Below are positions 9,853-18,829 of a stretch of DNA of 64,000 nucleotides, in pieces. Position numbers and translations under genes: made by a program. The stretch spans positions 91,920-155,919 of the forward strand of contig MNIR01000051.1 in the NCBI GenBank assembly GCA_001919865.1. Reading direction: 5' to 3'. The stretch is from Gemmatimonadetes bacterium 13_1_20CM_4_69_16. Lineage in GTDB: Bacteria > Gemmatimonadota > Gemmatimonadetes > Gemmatimonadales > GWC2-71-9. Within the stretch, counting starts at the first letter, position 1, and each line of letters starts with the position of its first letter. The notes under the pieces were generated by a model that did not search any database, had not been told where the DNA came from, and saw only the letters and a program-made list of their open reading frames with translations.

Positions 9853-10956
9853 ATGACTCACCGCAGCATCATCTCCTTCCTCACCCACGACACCCCCGAC
9901 GGCGGGGCCGCGAGCCTCGCCCAGACGCTGGACGCGCGGGCGCGCCCGGGCGAGCTGGTGGAACGGCTCGAGGGCGACGCCGTGCGCTGCTTCGCCTGCG
10001 GCCACCGCTGCCTCGTACGCCCAGGGCGGCGGGGGATCTGCAAGGTCCGTTTCAACCGCGATGGCACCCTGTATGTCCCTGCAGGCTACGTCGCGGCGCT
10101 GCAGTGCGACCCCACCGAGAAGAAGCCGTTCTTCCACGTGCTCCCGGGCTCGGACACGCTCACCTTCGGCATGCTGGGTTGCGACTTTCACTGTGGCTAC
10201 TGTCAGAACTGGCTGACGAGCCAGGCGCTGCGCGACGACGCTGCGGGCGTCATGCCGACCGAGGTGACCCCGGACGGCTTGGTGCGGCTCGCTCGCCGGC
10301 AGGGCGCGAGGTTGCTCGGGTCATCGTACAACGAGCCGCTGATCACGGCCGAATGGGCGGTGGACGTGTTCAAGGTCGCCAAAGCGCATGGGCTCAAGAC
10401 CGCGTTCATCTCCAACGGGAACGCGACGCCCGAGGTGCTCGACTACATCCGGCCGTGGACCGACTGCTACAAGATCGATTTCAAGGCGATGGACGATAAG
10501 CGCTACCGCGAACTCGGCGGGGTCTTGCAGCACGTCCTGGACGCGATCCGGATGGTGTACGAGCGTGGCCTCTGGCTCGAGCTCGTCACGCTGGTCGTGC
10601 CCGGGTTCAATGACGACGCGGCGCAGCTCACTCGCGCGGCCGAATACATCGCCTCGATCTCACCCGAGATCCCCTGGCACGTTACCGCGTTCCACAAGGA
10701 CTACAAGATGACCGACCCCGACGACACGCCGCCAGAGACGCTGTTCCGGGCGTGCGAGATCGGTGCGCGGGCGGGCCTTAAGTTCATCTATGCCGGGAAC
10801 CTTCCCGGCCGGGTCGGGAGGTGGGAGCACACCTACTGCCCGGACTGCGGCGACCTGCTCGTCGAGCGCTACGGCTACCTGATTAAGCAGCAGCGGGTGG
10901 GAGGGGACGGGCGGTGCCCGTCGTGCAGCCGGCGGATCCCGGGCGTGTGGTGCTAG
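9853..10956 (+). CDS. AmmeMemoRadiSam system radical SAM enzyme
   Basis: 367 aa. N-terminal and C-terminal Cys pairs ('CFACGHRC', 'CPDCG...CPSCS') and the radical SAM cluster 'GCDFHCGYCQNW' are characteristic of this family. Confidence 0.8.
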   Translation: MTHRSIISFLTHDTPDGGAASLAQTLDARARPGELVERLEGDAVRCFACGHRCLVRPGRRGICKVRFNRDGTLYVPAGYVAALQCDPTEKKPFFHVLPGSDTLTFGMLGCDFHCGYCQNWLTSQALRDDAAGVMPTEVTPDGLVRLARRQGARLLGSSYNEPLITAEWAVDVFKVAKAHGLKTAFISNGNATPEVLDYIRPWTDCYKIDFKAMDDKRYRELGGVLQHVLDAIRMVYERGLWLELVTLVVPGFNDDAAQLTRAAEYIASISPEIPWHVTAFHKDYKMTDPDDTPPETLFRACEIGARAGLKFIYAGNLPGRVGRWEHTYCPDCGDLLVERYGYLIKQQRVGGDGRCPSCSRRIPGVWC

Positions 10957-12128
10957 CGCTGGTCCTGGTCCTGCAGACGGGGTCGGCGGCGGCGCCGGGG
11001 CGCGGGCCCGGCGTCGGCCCGCCTGGGCGGGCGCCGTTCGACGCGGCGACATTCGATCCCTTGGTGCAGGATGGCATCCGTGCGGGCGCTTACCCGGGCG
11101 CTGCGCTGGTGGTCGGCCGCCACGACACGATCCGGTTCGCCCACGGCTACGGTCACCTGACCTGGTCCGTCTCGAGCCCCGCGGTGGACCCCGACAGCAC
11201 CCTGTACGACCTCGCCTCGCTCACGAAAGTGATCGCCACGACGCCGGCGCTCATGCTGCTGGTGGAGCGCGGCACCGTGAAGCTCGACGCGCCGGTCGCG
11301 ACCTACATCCCCGAGCTCGCCGGGACCGCTGCGGCGGGGGTCACCGTGGGCCAGCTACTGGCGCACACCTCCGGGCTGCGCGCCGACATCCCGGACCCCG
11401 AGCTCAAGGCACTCCCCGACAGCACAGCATTGATGCGCCGGGTCTTCTCGGAGGCGCCTCGAGTTCCGCCCGGCACGCGCGTCATCTACAGCGACCTGAA
11501 CGCGATCCTGCTGGGTGAGGTGGTGCGCCGCGCGGCGGGCGAGCCGCTCGACAGGTTCGTCGCGCGGGAGCTGTTCGCGCCGCTCGGTCTCGAGGAGACG
11601 TTGTTCCGGCCGCCCGCCCGGCTCAGGTCGCGGATCGCGCCGACGGGGGTGTGGCGCGGCCATGCGGTGGCGGGCGTGGTGAACGACGGCAGCGCCTTCA
11701 AACTGCGCGGTGTGTCAGGGAACGCCGGCCTGTTCGCGACCGCGGCCGACGTCGCGCGCTTCGCCCAGTTCATGCTGCGCGGCGGGACGCTTCCGGACGG
11801 ACGGCGCCTGCTGCGCGCGGAAACCGTGCGGCTCTTCACGAGCAAGGCGGCGGATTTCGGGCATAACACGGAGGCGCGCGCGCTCGGCTGGCAGGCGCTA
11901 CCCACCGGCGAATCCGTTTCGAGCGCCGGGACGCGGTTTGGGCCGAGGAGCTTCGGCCACACCGGCTGGACCGGGACGTCGCTCTGGATCGATCCGGATC
12001 GCGACCTCTTCGTCGTGCTGCTCACCAACCGCGCCTACGCACCGCGCGCGCGGCGCCCGTTCACGGTCCTGAAGGCGGTACGCGGCCGGGTCGCCGACGC
12101 CGCCGCGCAGGCGTCCGATGCGCACTGA
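10914..12128 (+). CDS. Serine hydrolase (beta-lactamase / PBP4-like family)
   Basis: 404 aa. SxxK motif 'LASLTKVIATTPALMLL' and 'GHTGWTGTSLWIDP' (KTG-like box). The track start overlaps the previous gene by 43 nt, so the true start may be slightly downstream. Confidence 0.8.
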   Translation: MPVVQPADPGRVVLALVLVLQTGSAAAPGRGPGVGPPGRAPFDAATFDPLVQDGIRAGAYPGAALVVGRHDTIRFAHGYGHLTWSVSSPAVDPDSTLYDLASLTKVIATTPALMLLVERGTVKLDAPVATYIPELAGTAAAGVTVGQLLAHTSGLRADIPDPELKALPDSTALMRRVFSEAPRVPPGTRVIYSDLNAILLGEVVRRAAGEPLDRFVARELFAPLGLEETLFRPPARLRSRIAPTGVWRGHAVAGVVNDGSAFKLRGVSGNAGLFATAADVARFAQFMLRGGTLPDGRRLLRAETVRLFTSKAADFGHNTEARALGWQALPTGESVSSAGTRFGPRSFGHTGWTGTSLWIDPDRDLFVVLLTNRAYAPRARRPFTVLKAVRGRVADAAAQASDAH

Positions 12129-12522
12129 GCGCCCCACGCTGATTTACGACGGCGAATGCGGCTTCTGCCGGAGCTCCGTCGATCTCGCCCTGAGCTGGGA
12201 TCGCGAACACCGGCTCGACACGGTTCCATTTCAAGACCAGGAACGGGTCGCGGCCTTCGGTATTCCGCTGCCCGCGCTCGCGGCGGCGATGCACCTGGTG
12301 CTCCCCGACGGGCGCGTGTTCGCAGGTGCGGATGCGGTGCCCGAGATCCTGCGCCTCCTGCCGGGGAAGCGCTGGCTGGCTCCGCTGTTCCGGCTGCCGG
12401 GTGTACTGCCCGTGGCTCGGCGGCTCTATGGCTGGATCGCGCGGCGACGGCGCTGCCTGGTGCGCGGCTACACGGTCGACTACGTTGCCACGAAGGGCAG
12501 GAGCGGTGGGCATGACGCGTGA
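12118..12522 (+). CDS. Thiol-disulfide oxidoreductase, DCC family (DUF393)
   Basis: 'LIYDGECGFCRSSVD' is the DxxCxxC signature. 134 aa. Confidence 0.8.
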   Translation: MRTERPTLIYDGECGFCRSSVDLALSWDREHRLDTVPFQDQERVAAFGIPLPALAAAMHLVLPDGRVFAGADAVPEILRLLPGKRWLAPLFRLPGVLPVARRLYGWIARRRRCLVRGYTVDYVATKGRSGGHDA

Positions 12523-12541
12523 TCCTGGGGAGGAGGCGCCC

Positions 12542-12853
12542 ATGACGGCGCCGGCGGCGCTGACCGCGGAGGTCGTTCGCAGGACCCTGCGGCACGTGAA
12601 GGACCCCGAGCTCGACATGAACATCGTCGACTTGGGCCTCGTGTACGACGTCGAGGTCGACGCCGGGGAAGTGCGCGTCCGCATGACGCTGACGTCGCCT
12701 GGCTGCCCCGCCGGCCCGATGATCACGAACGATGCCTACAAGGCGATCCGCGCGCTCGACGGCGTGAAGGACGTGGACATCGAGATCGTGTGGGAGCCCT
12801 ACTGGACGCCGGAGAAGATGGACCCCAAGGTGCGGGCCCTGATGGGGCTTTAG
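12542..12853 (+). CDS. Metal-sulfur cluster assembly factor (DUF59 / SufT-like)
   Basis: C-terminal part of ORF 12326..12853. 'VKDPELDMNIVDLGLVYDVEV...MTLTSPGCPAGPMI' is the classic DUF59 core. The ATG at 12542 is preceded by GGAGGAGG. Alternative ATG at 12512. Confidence 0.82.
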   Translation: MTAPAALTAEVVRRTLRHVKDPELDMNIVDLGLVYDVEVDAGEVRVRMTLTSPGCPAGPMITNDAYKAIRALDGVKDVDIEIVWEPYWTPEKMDPKVRALMGL

Positions 12854-13977
12854 GCGAGCGCCGCGAGCAGCGCGCTCCCGAGCACGTCGATCTGCCAGCG
12901 CCGGAGCTCCGCCACCCGGGTGAGCCCGGCGCGATCGTTTGGCACGGGAGTCGCCCGCGCCACCGCCTCGAGCGTGGACCGGCCGCACAACACCCCCGGA
13001 TCCAGGCCGAGCTCCGCCGCCACGCGGTTGCGCGCCGCCTTCAGCCGCTCGACGCGCGCGTCGAGCGCCGCATCCTTGGGCGGCCGAGTGCCGCGCTCCA
13101 CCTGCGGCAGTTCGGTCTCCGGAAGGGCGAGCGCCCGGCCCACGCCGCCCAGCAGGGCGGTCCCGTGCCTGCGCGCGAGCGTGGCTGGAAGTTGGGGAAT
13201 CTGCGCGAGGTCTGCAGGCGACCGCGGCAGCGCCTTCGCCACGGCGAGCAGCGCGTCGTTTCCGATGATGCGAAATGTGGCGGTATCCTGCTGAGCGGCG
13301 AGCGTCTCGCGCCACCGATACAGTTCACGCAGGGCCGCCAGCGCGCGCGGCGGCAGAGCTCGTGCCCCCTTCACCCGCAAGAACGCGTCGCCGCCGTCCG
13401 GCGTCCCCGTCCACCGCAGCGACTCGAGCCGGGCGAACTCTTCTTCTGCCCAGGGGAGGCGACCGAGCTGGGTCAGGCGCTCGCGCAGGGCGTCGCGCAG
13501 CACCGGGAGGTACTGCGTATCCGCCGCCGCGTACTCGAGCATCGCCGGCGGCAACGGCCGCCGCGACCAGTCCGCCTTCTGGTGCTCCTTGACGAGCTTC
13601 ACACCCAGGTACTTCTCGAGCAGCGCCGCGAGTCCGACCGCGGGCTCCCCCGCGAGCTGTGCGGCGACCCGCGTGTCGAAGATCCGCGCTCCCCGGAAGC
13701 CGTAGTCACGGTCGAGGATGCGGAGGTCGTAGTCGGCGTCGTGGAACACCTTCTCGACCGCGGCGTCCGCCAGCAGCGCCCCGACCGGCGACAGGTCCGC
13801 GATGGCGAGGGGGTCGACGACGGCGGTGCGCTCCCGCGTCGAGAGCTGCACGAGGAAGATGCGGTCCCGATAGCGGTGGAAGCTCGCCGCTTCGGTATCA
13901 GCCCCGACCAACGGCTCGCGGCGGAACGCCGCGACGATCTCGCCGAGCGCCTCGGGCGTCCGGATATAGCTATGCAC
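12850..13977 (-). CDS. rnd: Ribonuclease D (DEDDy 3'-5' exonuclease plus HRDC domain)
   Basis: 375 aa. 'VGADTEAAS', 'FHDADYDLRIL' and 'EYAAADTQYL' are the exo I-III motifs. HRDC-like C-terminus. Confidence 0.85.
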   Translation of the reverse strand: MHSYIRTPEALGEIVAAFRREPLVGADTEAASFHRYRDRIFLVQLSTRERTAVVDPLAIADLSPVGALLADAAVEKVFHDADYDLRILDRDYGFRGARIFDTRVAAQLAGEPAVGLAALLEKYLGVKLVKEHQKADWSRRPLPPAMLEYAAADTQYLPVLRDALRERLTQLGRLPWAEEEFARLESLRWTGTPDGGDAFLRVKGARALPPRALAALRELYRWRETLAAQQDTATFRIIGNDALLAVAKALPRSPADLAQIPQLPATLARRHGTALLGGVGRALALPETELPQVERGTRPPKDAALDARVERLKAARNRVAAELGLDPGVLCGRSTLEAVARATPVPNDRAGLTRVAELRRWQIDVLGSALLAALA

Positions 13978-13995
13978 GAGGGCGTCCGGTCCGGT

Positions 13996-14166
13996 TCACT
14001 CTTCCTTGCCCAGCTGCTCCAGACCGGCCGCGATCTCCTCGAGCGCCTTCGCGAGGGTCTTGTAGAACTCGGGATCCGGTGGTTCGGGAGCGCCACCCAG
14101 CGGATCGCCCGCGCACTTGCGGGCGGCGCGCGCCGCGTGGCGGATGTAGTCGGTGGCAACCCGCAT
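13996..14166 (-). CDS. Small hypothetical protein (56 aa), upstream of rnd
   Basis: Only the last 56 codons of the 752-aa antisense track ORF 13996..16254, from the ATG at 14166, lie outside the opposite-strand genes. The ORF ends 18 nt before the rnd start. No recognisable motif. Confidence 0.35.
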   Translation of the reverse strand: MRVATDYIRHAARAARKCAGDPLGGAPEPPDPEFYKTLAKALEEIAAGLEQLGKEE

Positions 14167-14187
14167 CGCGGCCCTCGGGCTTAGAGG

Positions 14188-15180
14188 TTGGCTGTGTCCG
14201 ATCCGGAGCGACTGACCCGAAAGATACGCGAGGCGCTCGCGCCCTGCAGTCTCGGGCGTTGGCCCACGCCGCTGGAACCGGCCCCCGCTTTCCTCGCGTC
14301 CCTCGGACTGGACGCGCTGTGGCTCAAGCGCGAAGACCGCTCCGCGCCGCGCTGCGGCGGCAACAAGGTGCGCGGGCTCGAGTTTCTCCTGGCAGATGCT
14401 CCGGCGGGGAGCGTGTTCGTGACGGTCGGAGGCACGGGCTCGACCCACTGTCTCGCGACCGCCGTGCACGCGGCGGCCCTCTCCTGCCGCGTCGCGCTCG
14501 CCCAATTCCCGCAACCCGAGACCGACGCGAGCCGCGCGGTGGCCGCGGCCTGCGACGCCCACGCCACGCTGGTGGTTCGCGCGCCGACGCGTGCCGCCCT
14601 GCCGCTCGCCCTCCTCGCCGCGTGGCACGGCGCGCGGCGGTTCGGGCCCCGACGCTGGATCCCGGGCGGCGGCGCGCACCCGCGGGCGGTGGTCGGACAT
14701 TTCCTCGCGGCGCTGGAGCTTGCGCAGCAACTCCCCGCACCGCCCGAGGCGATCGTCGCGCCGCTCGGCACCGGTGGCACCGTGGCCGGGTTGCTGCTGG
14801 GCGTCGCGCAGCTCGGCTGGCCGACCCGCGTCGTCGGGGTGCGGGTCGCCCCCGCCATCGTCGCCAACCGGTGGCGCACCCGGCGCCTGGCCCTTCGCAC
14901 GGCGCGCCTCCTCGCCAGCCGCGGAGTCCGCATTGCGGCTCTCACATCGCGCATGCTGTTCCAGCTCGTGGACGGGTTGGGTGGCAAGGGCTACGGCTAC
15001 CCGACGGCCGACGGCGAAGCGGCGCGCCGCCTGGCGGCCGAGCATGGCCTCACGCTCGATCCGACCTACGGCGCCAAGGCATTCGCCTTTCTCCTGCAAC
15101 GTGGAACGTGCAACGTGCGACGCGTCGTCTTCTGGCATACGTTTGGCGTCCCCTGTCCCACGCCGGAGCCTGAGCGGTGA
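14188..15180 (+). CDS. PLP-dependent enzyme, ACC deaminase / D-cysteine desulfhydrase family
   Basis: 330 aa. 'WPTPLEP...LWLKREDRSAPRCGGNKVRGLEFLLAD' carries the PLP-lysine in the GGNKxR motif. TTG start. Confidence 0.8.
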   Translation: MAVSDPERLTRKIREALAPCSLGRWPTPLEPAPAFLASLGLDALWLKREDRSAPRCGGNKVRGLEFLLADAPAGSVFVTVGGTGSTHCLATAVHAAALSCRVALAQFPQPETDASRAVAAACDAHATLVVRAPTRAALPLALLAAWHGARRFGPRRWIPGGGAHPRAVVGHFLAALELAQQLPAPPEAIVAPLGTGGTVAGLLLGVAQLGWPTRVVGVRVAPAIVANRWRTRRLALRTARLLASRGVRIAALTSRMLFQLVDGLGGKGYGYPTADGEAARRLAAEHGLTLDPTYGAKAFAFLLQRGTCNVRRVVFWHTFGVPCPTPEPER

Positions 15181-16382
15181 GCTCGTTCCCCCCGGTCGAG
15201 CTGACGGTCTATCCGGCCGAGTGCGACGCCTTCGGCCACTTGAACCAGGCGGCACTGTTGGCGCTGCTGGAGCGCGCCCGCTGGGACGCGCTCGCGCGCG
15301 GCCCAGGGATGGACCTGTTCGACCGCAACGGCGTCTGGCCCGCCGCCCGCAAGGCCGTGATCGAGTACAAGGCGGGCGTGTACCCGCGCGACGTGCTGCG
15401 GATCGAAATGACGGTGACGCATCGCGGGTCGACCAGTATGACGTTGCGACACGTCGTGCGCCGCGTCTCGGATGACATCGTCGTCGCGGAGGCGGAGATC
15501 GTCTTCGTCTGCATCGACCGGCTGGGCCGTCCGACACCCCTTCCGGAGGAGATCGCGCGCTTCCTCGGCCCGCGAACGTTGGGATCGCACCAGCCCGTGC
15601 GGGTGACGGTCGGCGAGGTCGACCTCGCCGTCGAGGTCCGGGGCGACGGCGTGCCGGTGCTGTTCGTCCACGGCTTCCCCTTCGACCGCACCATGTGGCG
15701 GCACCAGCTCGCCGCGTTGACGCGCTGGAAGCGGATCGTTCCCGACTTGCGCGGTGCGGGTGCCTCAACTCCCGCCGCCGCACAAGACGGCTACTCGATC
15801 GCCCGCTACGCCGACGACCTCGTGGCCATCCTGGATGCACTGGGCGTGCGGGAGGCCGTGGTGTGCGGATTGTCGCTGGGCGGGTACGTCGTGTTCGAGC
15901 TGGTGCGGCGCCACGCCGACCGCGTGAAGGCTGTGCTGCTGGTCGACACGAAGCCCGACGCCGATGCTCCCGACGCGAAGCGCGAGCGCGACAAGCTCGC
16001 CGCGCTGGTCGAGCGCGAAGGCCCGGACCCCCTGGTGAGTCGGCTGCTGCCGACGCTGCTGGGACAACACACCCAGCCGGAGGTCGCTGAGCAGGTTCGC
16101 GAGATGGCGCGCCGCTGGTCGGTGCCGGGGCTCGTGGGGGCGCTGCGGGCGTTACGCGATCGGCCCGATTCGACCGCCACCCTGCGCCAGATCCGCGTCC
16201 CGGCGCTCGTGCTCGTGGGCAGTGAGGACCAGATCGCGCCCCCTGCCGGCGCACAGGAGATGGCAGCGCGGATCCCCAACGCGCAATTCCAGGTAGTCCC
16301 GGCGGCGGGACACTTGGCGCCGCTCGAGCAGCCGCTCGTGACGACCCGACTGATCGCGGATTTCTTGTCCAGCCTGAAGTAG
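15177..16382 (+). CDS. Fusion protein: 4HBT/YbgC-type acyl-CoA thioesterase (N-terminal) plus alpha/beta-hydrolase (C-terminal)
   Basis: 401 aa. The N-terminal ~135 aa 'VYPAECDAFGHLNQAALLALLERARWD' is hotdog-thioesterase-like. The C-terminal region has 'VLFVHGFPFDRTMW', the nucleophile elbow 'GLSLGG' and 'AGHLAPLEQP'. GTGA overlap with the upstream gene. Confidence 0.8.
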   Translation: MSSFPPVELTVYPAECDAFGHLNQAALLALLERARWDALARGPGMDLFDRNGVWPAARKAVIEYKAGVYPRDVLRIEMTVTHRGSTSMTLRHVVRRVSDDIVVAEAEIVFVCIDRLGRPTPLPEEIARFLGPRTLGSHQPVRVTVGEVDLAVEVRGDGVPVLFVHGFPFDRTMWRHQLAALTRWKRIVPDLRGAGASTPAAAQDGYSIARYADDLVAILDALGVREAVVCGLSLGGYVVFELVRRHADRVKAVLLVDTKPDADAPDAKRERDKLAALVEREGPDPLVSRLLPTLLGQHTQPEVAEQVREMARRWSVPGLVGALRALRDRPDSTATLRQIRVPALVLVGSEDQIAPPAGAQEMAARIPNAQFQVVPAAGHLAPLEQPLVTTRLIADFLSSLK

Positions 16383-16396
16383 CCGGGGAAACGCGA

Positions 16397-16422
16397 GGGC
16401 CCCGAGCGTGCCCCCGGGGCCC
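16397..16422. terminator. GC hairpin between convergent genes (possible bidirectional terminator)
   Basis: GGGCCCCG (16397-16404) / CGGGGCCC (16415-16422) with a 10-nt loop, in the 48-nt gap between the fusion gene stop (16382) and the ferredoxin stop (16431). No U-tract. Confidence 0.4.
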
Positions 16423-16430
16423 TGCTCGCT

Positions 16431-16703
16431 TCAGCTGCCCTTACGCTGCGGCTTGCCGGGCGGGGCCGCGCTCTGGAATACGTCGCGGTTCTTCGCGATG
16501 TATGACTTCCATTGCGGCGGCGTATCCTCCTCGGGGAAGATCGCGGTGACCGGGCACTCTGGCTCGCACGCGCCGCAATCGATGCACTCGTCGGGGTGAA
16601 TGTATAGCTGATCCTCGCCCTCGTAGATGCAGTCGACCGGACAGACATCCACGCACGAGCGATCCTTCACGGTGATGCACGGCTCTGCGATAATGTACGG
16701 CAT
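16431..16703 (-). CDS. Ferredoxin (7Fe/8Fe FdxA-type)
   Basis: 90 aa. '[18 protein letters not shown]' and '[12 protein letters not shown]' are the two Cys cluster motifs. Confidence 0.92.
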   Translation of the reverse strand: MPYIIAEPCITVKDRSCVDVCPVDCIYEGEDQLYIHPDECIDCGACEPECPVTAIFPEEDTPPQWKSYIAKNRDVFQSAAPPGKPQRKGS

Positions 16704-16793
16704 CCAGGCTCCAGAGGTCTCGCATCACGGCACACGATCTACGGGACCGAAATGCAAACATAGAGGAGGACCCACCCCGGTCACAAGGACCCG

Positions 16794-17837
16794 TCAGCGA
16801 AGCATTGCGCCGGGCACCGAGATCCGGGTCATCAGCGACAGCACGGCAACCAGCCAGGTGTACTGCAGCAGCGACGCGGCATCGGGCTCTTCGGCCGCGT
16901 CTCCGAACCAGGCAGCCGCCGCGGCGGCCACGAGCAGCAGCAGGAGCAGCCCCTCGGCGGTGAGCCACCACGCCACCCCGATCACGCCGGTGGCGATCCA
17001 GCGTTGCGGGCGGGTCAGCGCTCGGAAGCCGCGCCCGCCGTCGAGCTGCCACACCGGTACCAGGTTGAAGAGGTTGATGAAGGCGCCCACGTGAGCGATC
17101 GCGCCCCAGATCCCGGCGTGTGTCGCGAAATACACCGCGTACGCGGCCGCTGCGGCGCCTGCGCCCCAGATCGGCCCCGCGAGCCCGACGCGCGCGTCCT
17201 CGCGGCGGTCAGTCGGGTACTGCTTGAGGCGAATGAAGGCCCCCACACCCGGGATGAACATCGGCGCGGTCGCCTTGATGCCGTAGCGCGTGAGCGCCTG
17301 CACGTGACCCATCTCGTGAATGTAGATGGACACGACGAACCCCACCGCGAACTTCCAGCCCCAGATCGTCCAGTACACGCCCATCGAGAGGAGCATCGAG
17401 AACAGCGTGCTCGCCTTGGTGAGCCCGAGCAGCAGCAACTTGGCCTTCGTGAGAACGAAGACGAGGGCGAACTTGAGCTTCGACAAGAGCACGCCGATCG
17501 CGCCGAGCCCCGCGGCCCCTTTGCCCCAGCGTGAGCCGGTCTTGGCCGGCGTCGGGTGGTTATCCAGCGCGCGGCTCAATGCGGCGACCCGGGCGGATAC
17601 GGTGCGGTGTTGGGTGGTGTCGGGCGGGAGGAGATCGAGCGCCTGGCGCCAAGCCCCGAGCTCGGCGCTCGAGTCCCCGGCTCGGGTCGCCCGGTCCGCT
17701 TCGGCCGCGAGGCGCTTCAGCTGTTCGGCGTGGACCAGGCGATGACACGAGGGACACGCGAGCAGCGCCGGAGCGACGTGGACGCCGCACTCGGGACAAC
17801 CGAGGGCAGCTTGCCCCGGGTCGGCAGTCTCGATCAT
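16794..17837 (-). CDS. Site-2 protease family (M50) membrane metalloprotease with N-terminal zinc ribbon
   Basis: 347 aa. 'CPECG...CPSCH' ribbon, 'IYIHEMGHVQAL' (HExxH inside a TM helix), and 'NLFNLVPVWQLDGG' (the second M50 motif). Confidence 0.8.
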   Translation of the reverse strand: MIETADPGQAALGCPECGVHVAPALLACPSCHRLVHAEQLKRLAAEADRATRAGDSSAELGAWRQALDLLPPDTTQHRTVSARVAALSRALDNHPTPAKTGSRWGKGAAGLGAIGVLLSKLKFALVFVLTKAKLLLLGLTKASTLFSMLLSMGVYWTIWGWKFAVGFVVSIYIHEMGHVQALTRYGIKATAPMFIPGVGAFIRLKQYPTDRREDARVGLAGPIWGAGAAAAAYAVYFATHAGIWGAIAHVGAFINLFNLVPVWQLDGGRGFRALTRPQRWIATGVIGVAWWLTAEGLLLLLLVAAAAAAWFGDAAEEPDAASLLQYTWLVAVLSLMTRISVPGAMLR

Positions 17838-17846
17838 CGCCCCGGC

Positions 17847-18623
17847 CTAGGCCGCCGCGCTCCGCGGGGCGCCGACTTGGTAGGGTCCGGTGACACGGAT
17901 CGCGACCCCCCGGTTCAGCTTCCAGGCCTCGTACAGCGCGAATCCCGCTATGAGCAGGTGCAAGGGGTTGCTAATGCCGATCATGATGGGTGCGGCGTAC
18001 GCCAGCGCGGCGAGCACCGCGAGACCCACCAGCAGGGCAAGCGTACCGGGGCGCTCGCGCCGCTGGCCGGCGGCCGCGTCGGGCGTCATCACCGCGCCTG
18101 GTGCGCTGGCCTGTTTAAGCGTCGTGTTCGCCGCGGCCTGCGCCGAGTCGCGATGAGCGAGAAGCTGTTGGCCCAGCTCGCGCGCGATCAGTGACGAGTC
18201 GGTCACGACCACGGCGGTGTAGGTGAGGAACATGGCCAGAGCCTGGTAGCGCCAGCCGCCGCGCCCGCTCGAGCCTTTGCGCACTGCGCCGCCGACCAGG
18301 AGCCCAACGACGACGGCCACGAGTCCAAACTCGTATCCGGTGACCGCGGCAATTCCGAAGTAGAGCCCGGCGCCGAATAGGGCCGCGCCCAAGCCCAGGC
18401 CGAGGGCATGCGCAAAGCGCCCGGCGGACGAGCCCTGGTTCCGCTCCACCACGAGCCGGCTGCGGCACCGCTGGCACGCCACATGGCCGTTGATCTCGTA
18501 GTAAGACGCTGTGATGGCCTGCTTGCAAACGCCGCAGCTCATCGCGGCGGCTGAACTCGTGCGCTCGGCGCGCTCGAACTGGAGATCGTCGCCGGTCGGG
18601 GTCCCGGCTTGCTGGTTGCTCAC
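17847..18623 (-). CDS. Hypothetical polytopic membrane protein with N-terminal zinc ribbon
   Basis: 258 aa. 'CGVCKQAITASYYEINGHVACQRC' followed by several Gly/Ala-rich TM segments. It ends 9 nt before the M50 gene start. Confidence 0.6.
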   Translation of the reverse strand: MSNQQAGTPTGDDLQFERAERTSSAAAMSCGVCKQAITASYYEINGHVACQRCRSRLVVERNQGSSAGRFAHALGLGLGAALFGAGLYFGIAAVTGYEFGLVAVVVGLLVGGAVRKGSSGRGGWRYQALAMFLTYTAVVVTDSSLIARELGQQLLAHRDSAQAAANTTLKQASAPGAVMTPDAAAGQRRERPGTLALLVGLAVLAALAYAAPIMIGISNPLHLLIAGFALYEAWKLNRGVAIRVTGPYQVGAPRSAAA

Positions 18624-18751
18624 TGGCTTGCTCCTTCCATGAGGAGTGCGTGGGCGCGCGCCAATCTTTTGCAGCCATCACAGGGGACGCAATTAGGAAC
18701 GTCACACCCCTCCGGCGACCGCTTGCGGCACCGAGACTTGGCGCCAGCTGA

Positions 18752-18767
18752 GATACCAGTCGGTATC
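18752..18767. promoter_or_regulatory. Candidate TetR operator palindrome
   Basis: GATACC-AGTC-GGTATC (6-4-6 perfect arms) in the divergent 206-nt intergenic region. GGTATC/CGTATC half-sites recur at about 18811-18818 (ATACGTAT) and 18833-18838. Confidence 0.35.
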
Positions 18768-18829
18768 CGAACTCCGTACTTTCAGCCCGCTTGTTGCCAA
18801 AGCGATGCTCATACGTATCTTAGATTCCT

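Noticed and set aside
13996-16254. 752-aa ORF on the minus strand
   Set aside because: It runs antisense to two well-supported + strand genes (the PLP enzyme and the thioesterase/hydrolase fusion). The translation is Arg/Pro/Ala-rich with no motifs, which is typical of shadow ORFs in high-GC DNA. Only the last 56 codons (13996-14166), which lie outside those genes, were kept, as a low-confidence small CDS.
16704-16793. tRNA or small RNA gene, or a promoter for ferredoxin, in the 90-nt gap
   Set aside because: There is no cloverleaf-compatible sequence. The candidate -35/-10 pairs (TTGTGA...CTATGT, TTGCAT...TAGATC) have wrong spacing or poor hexamers.
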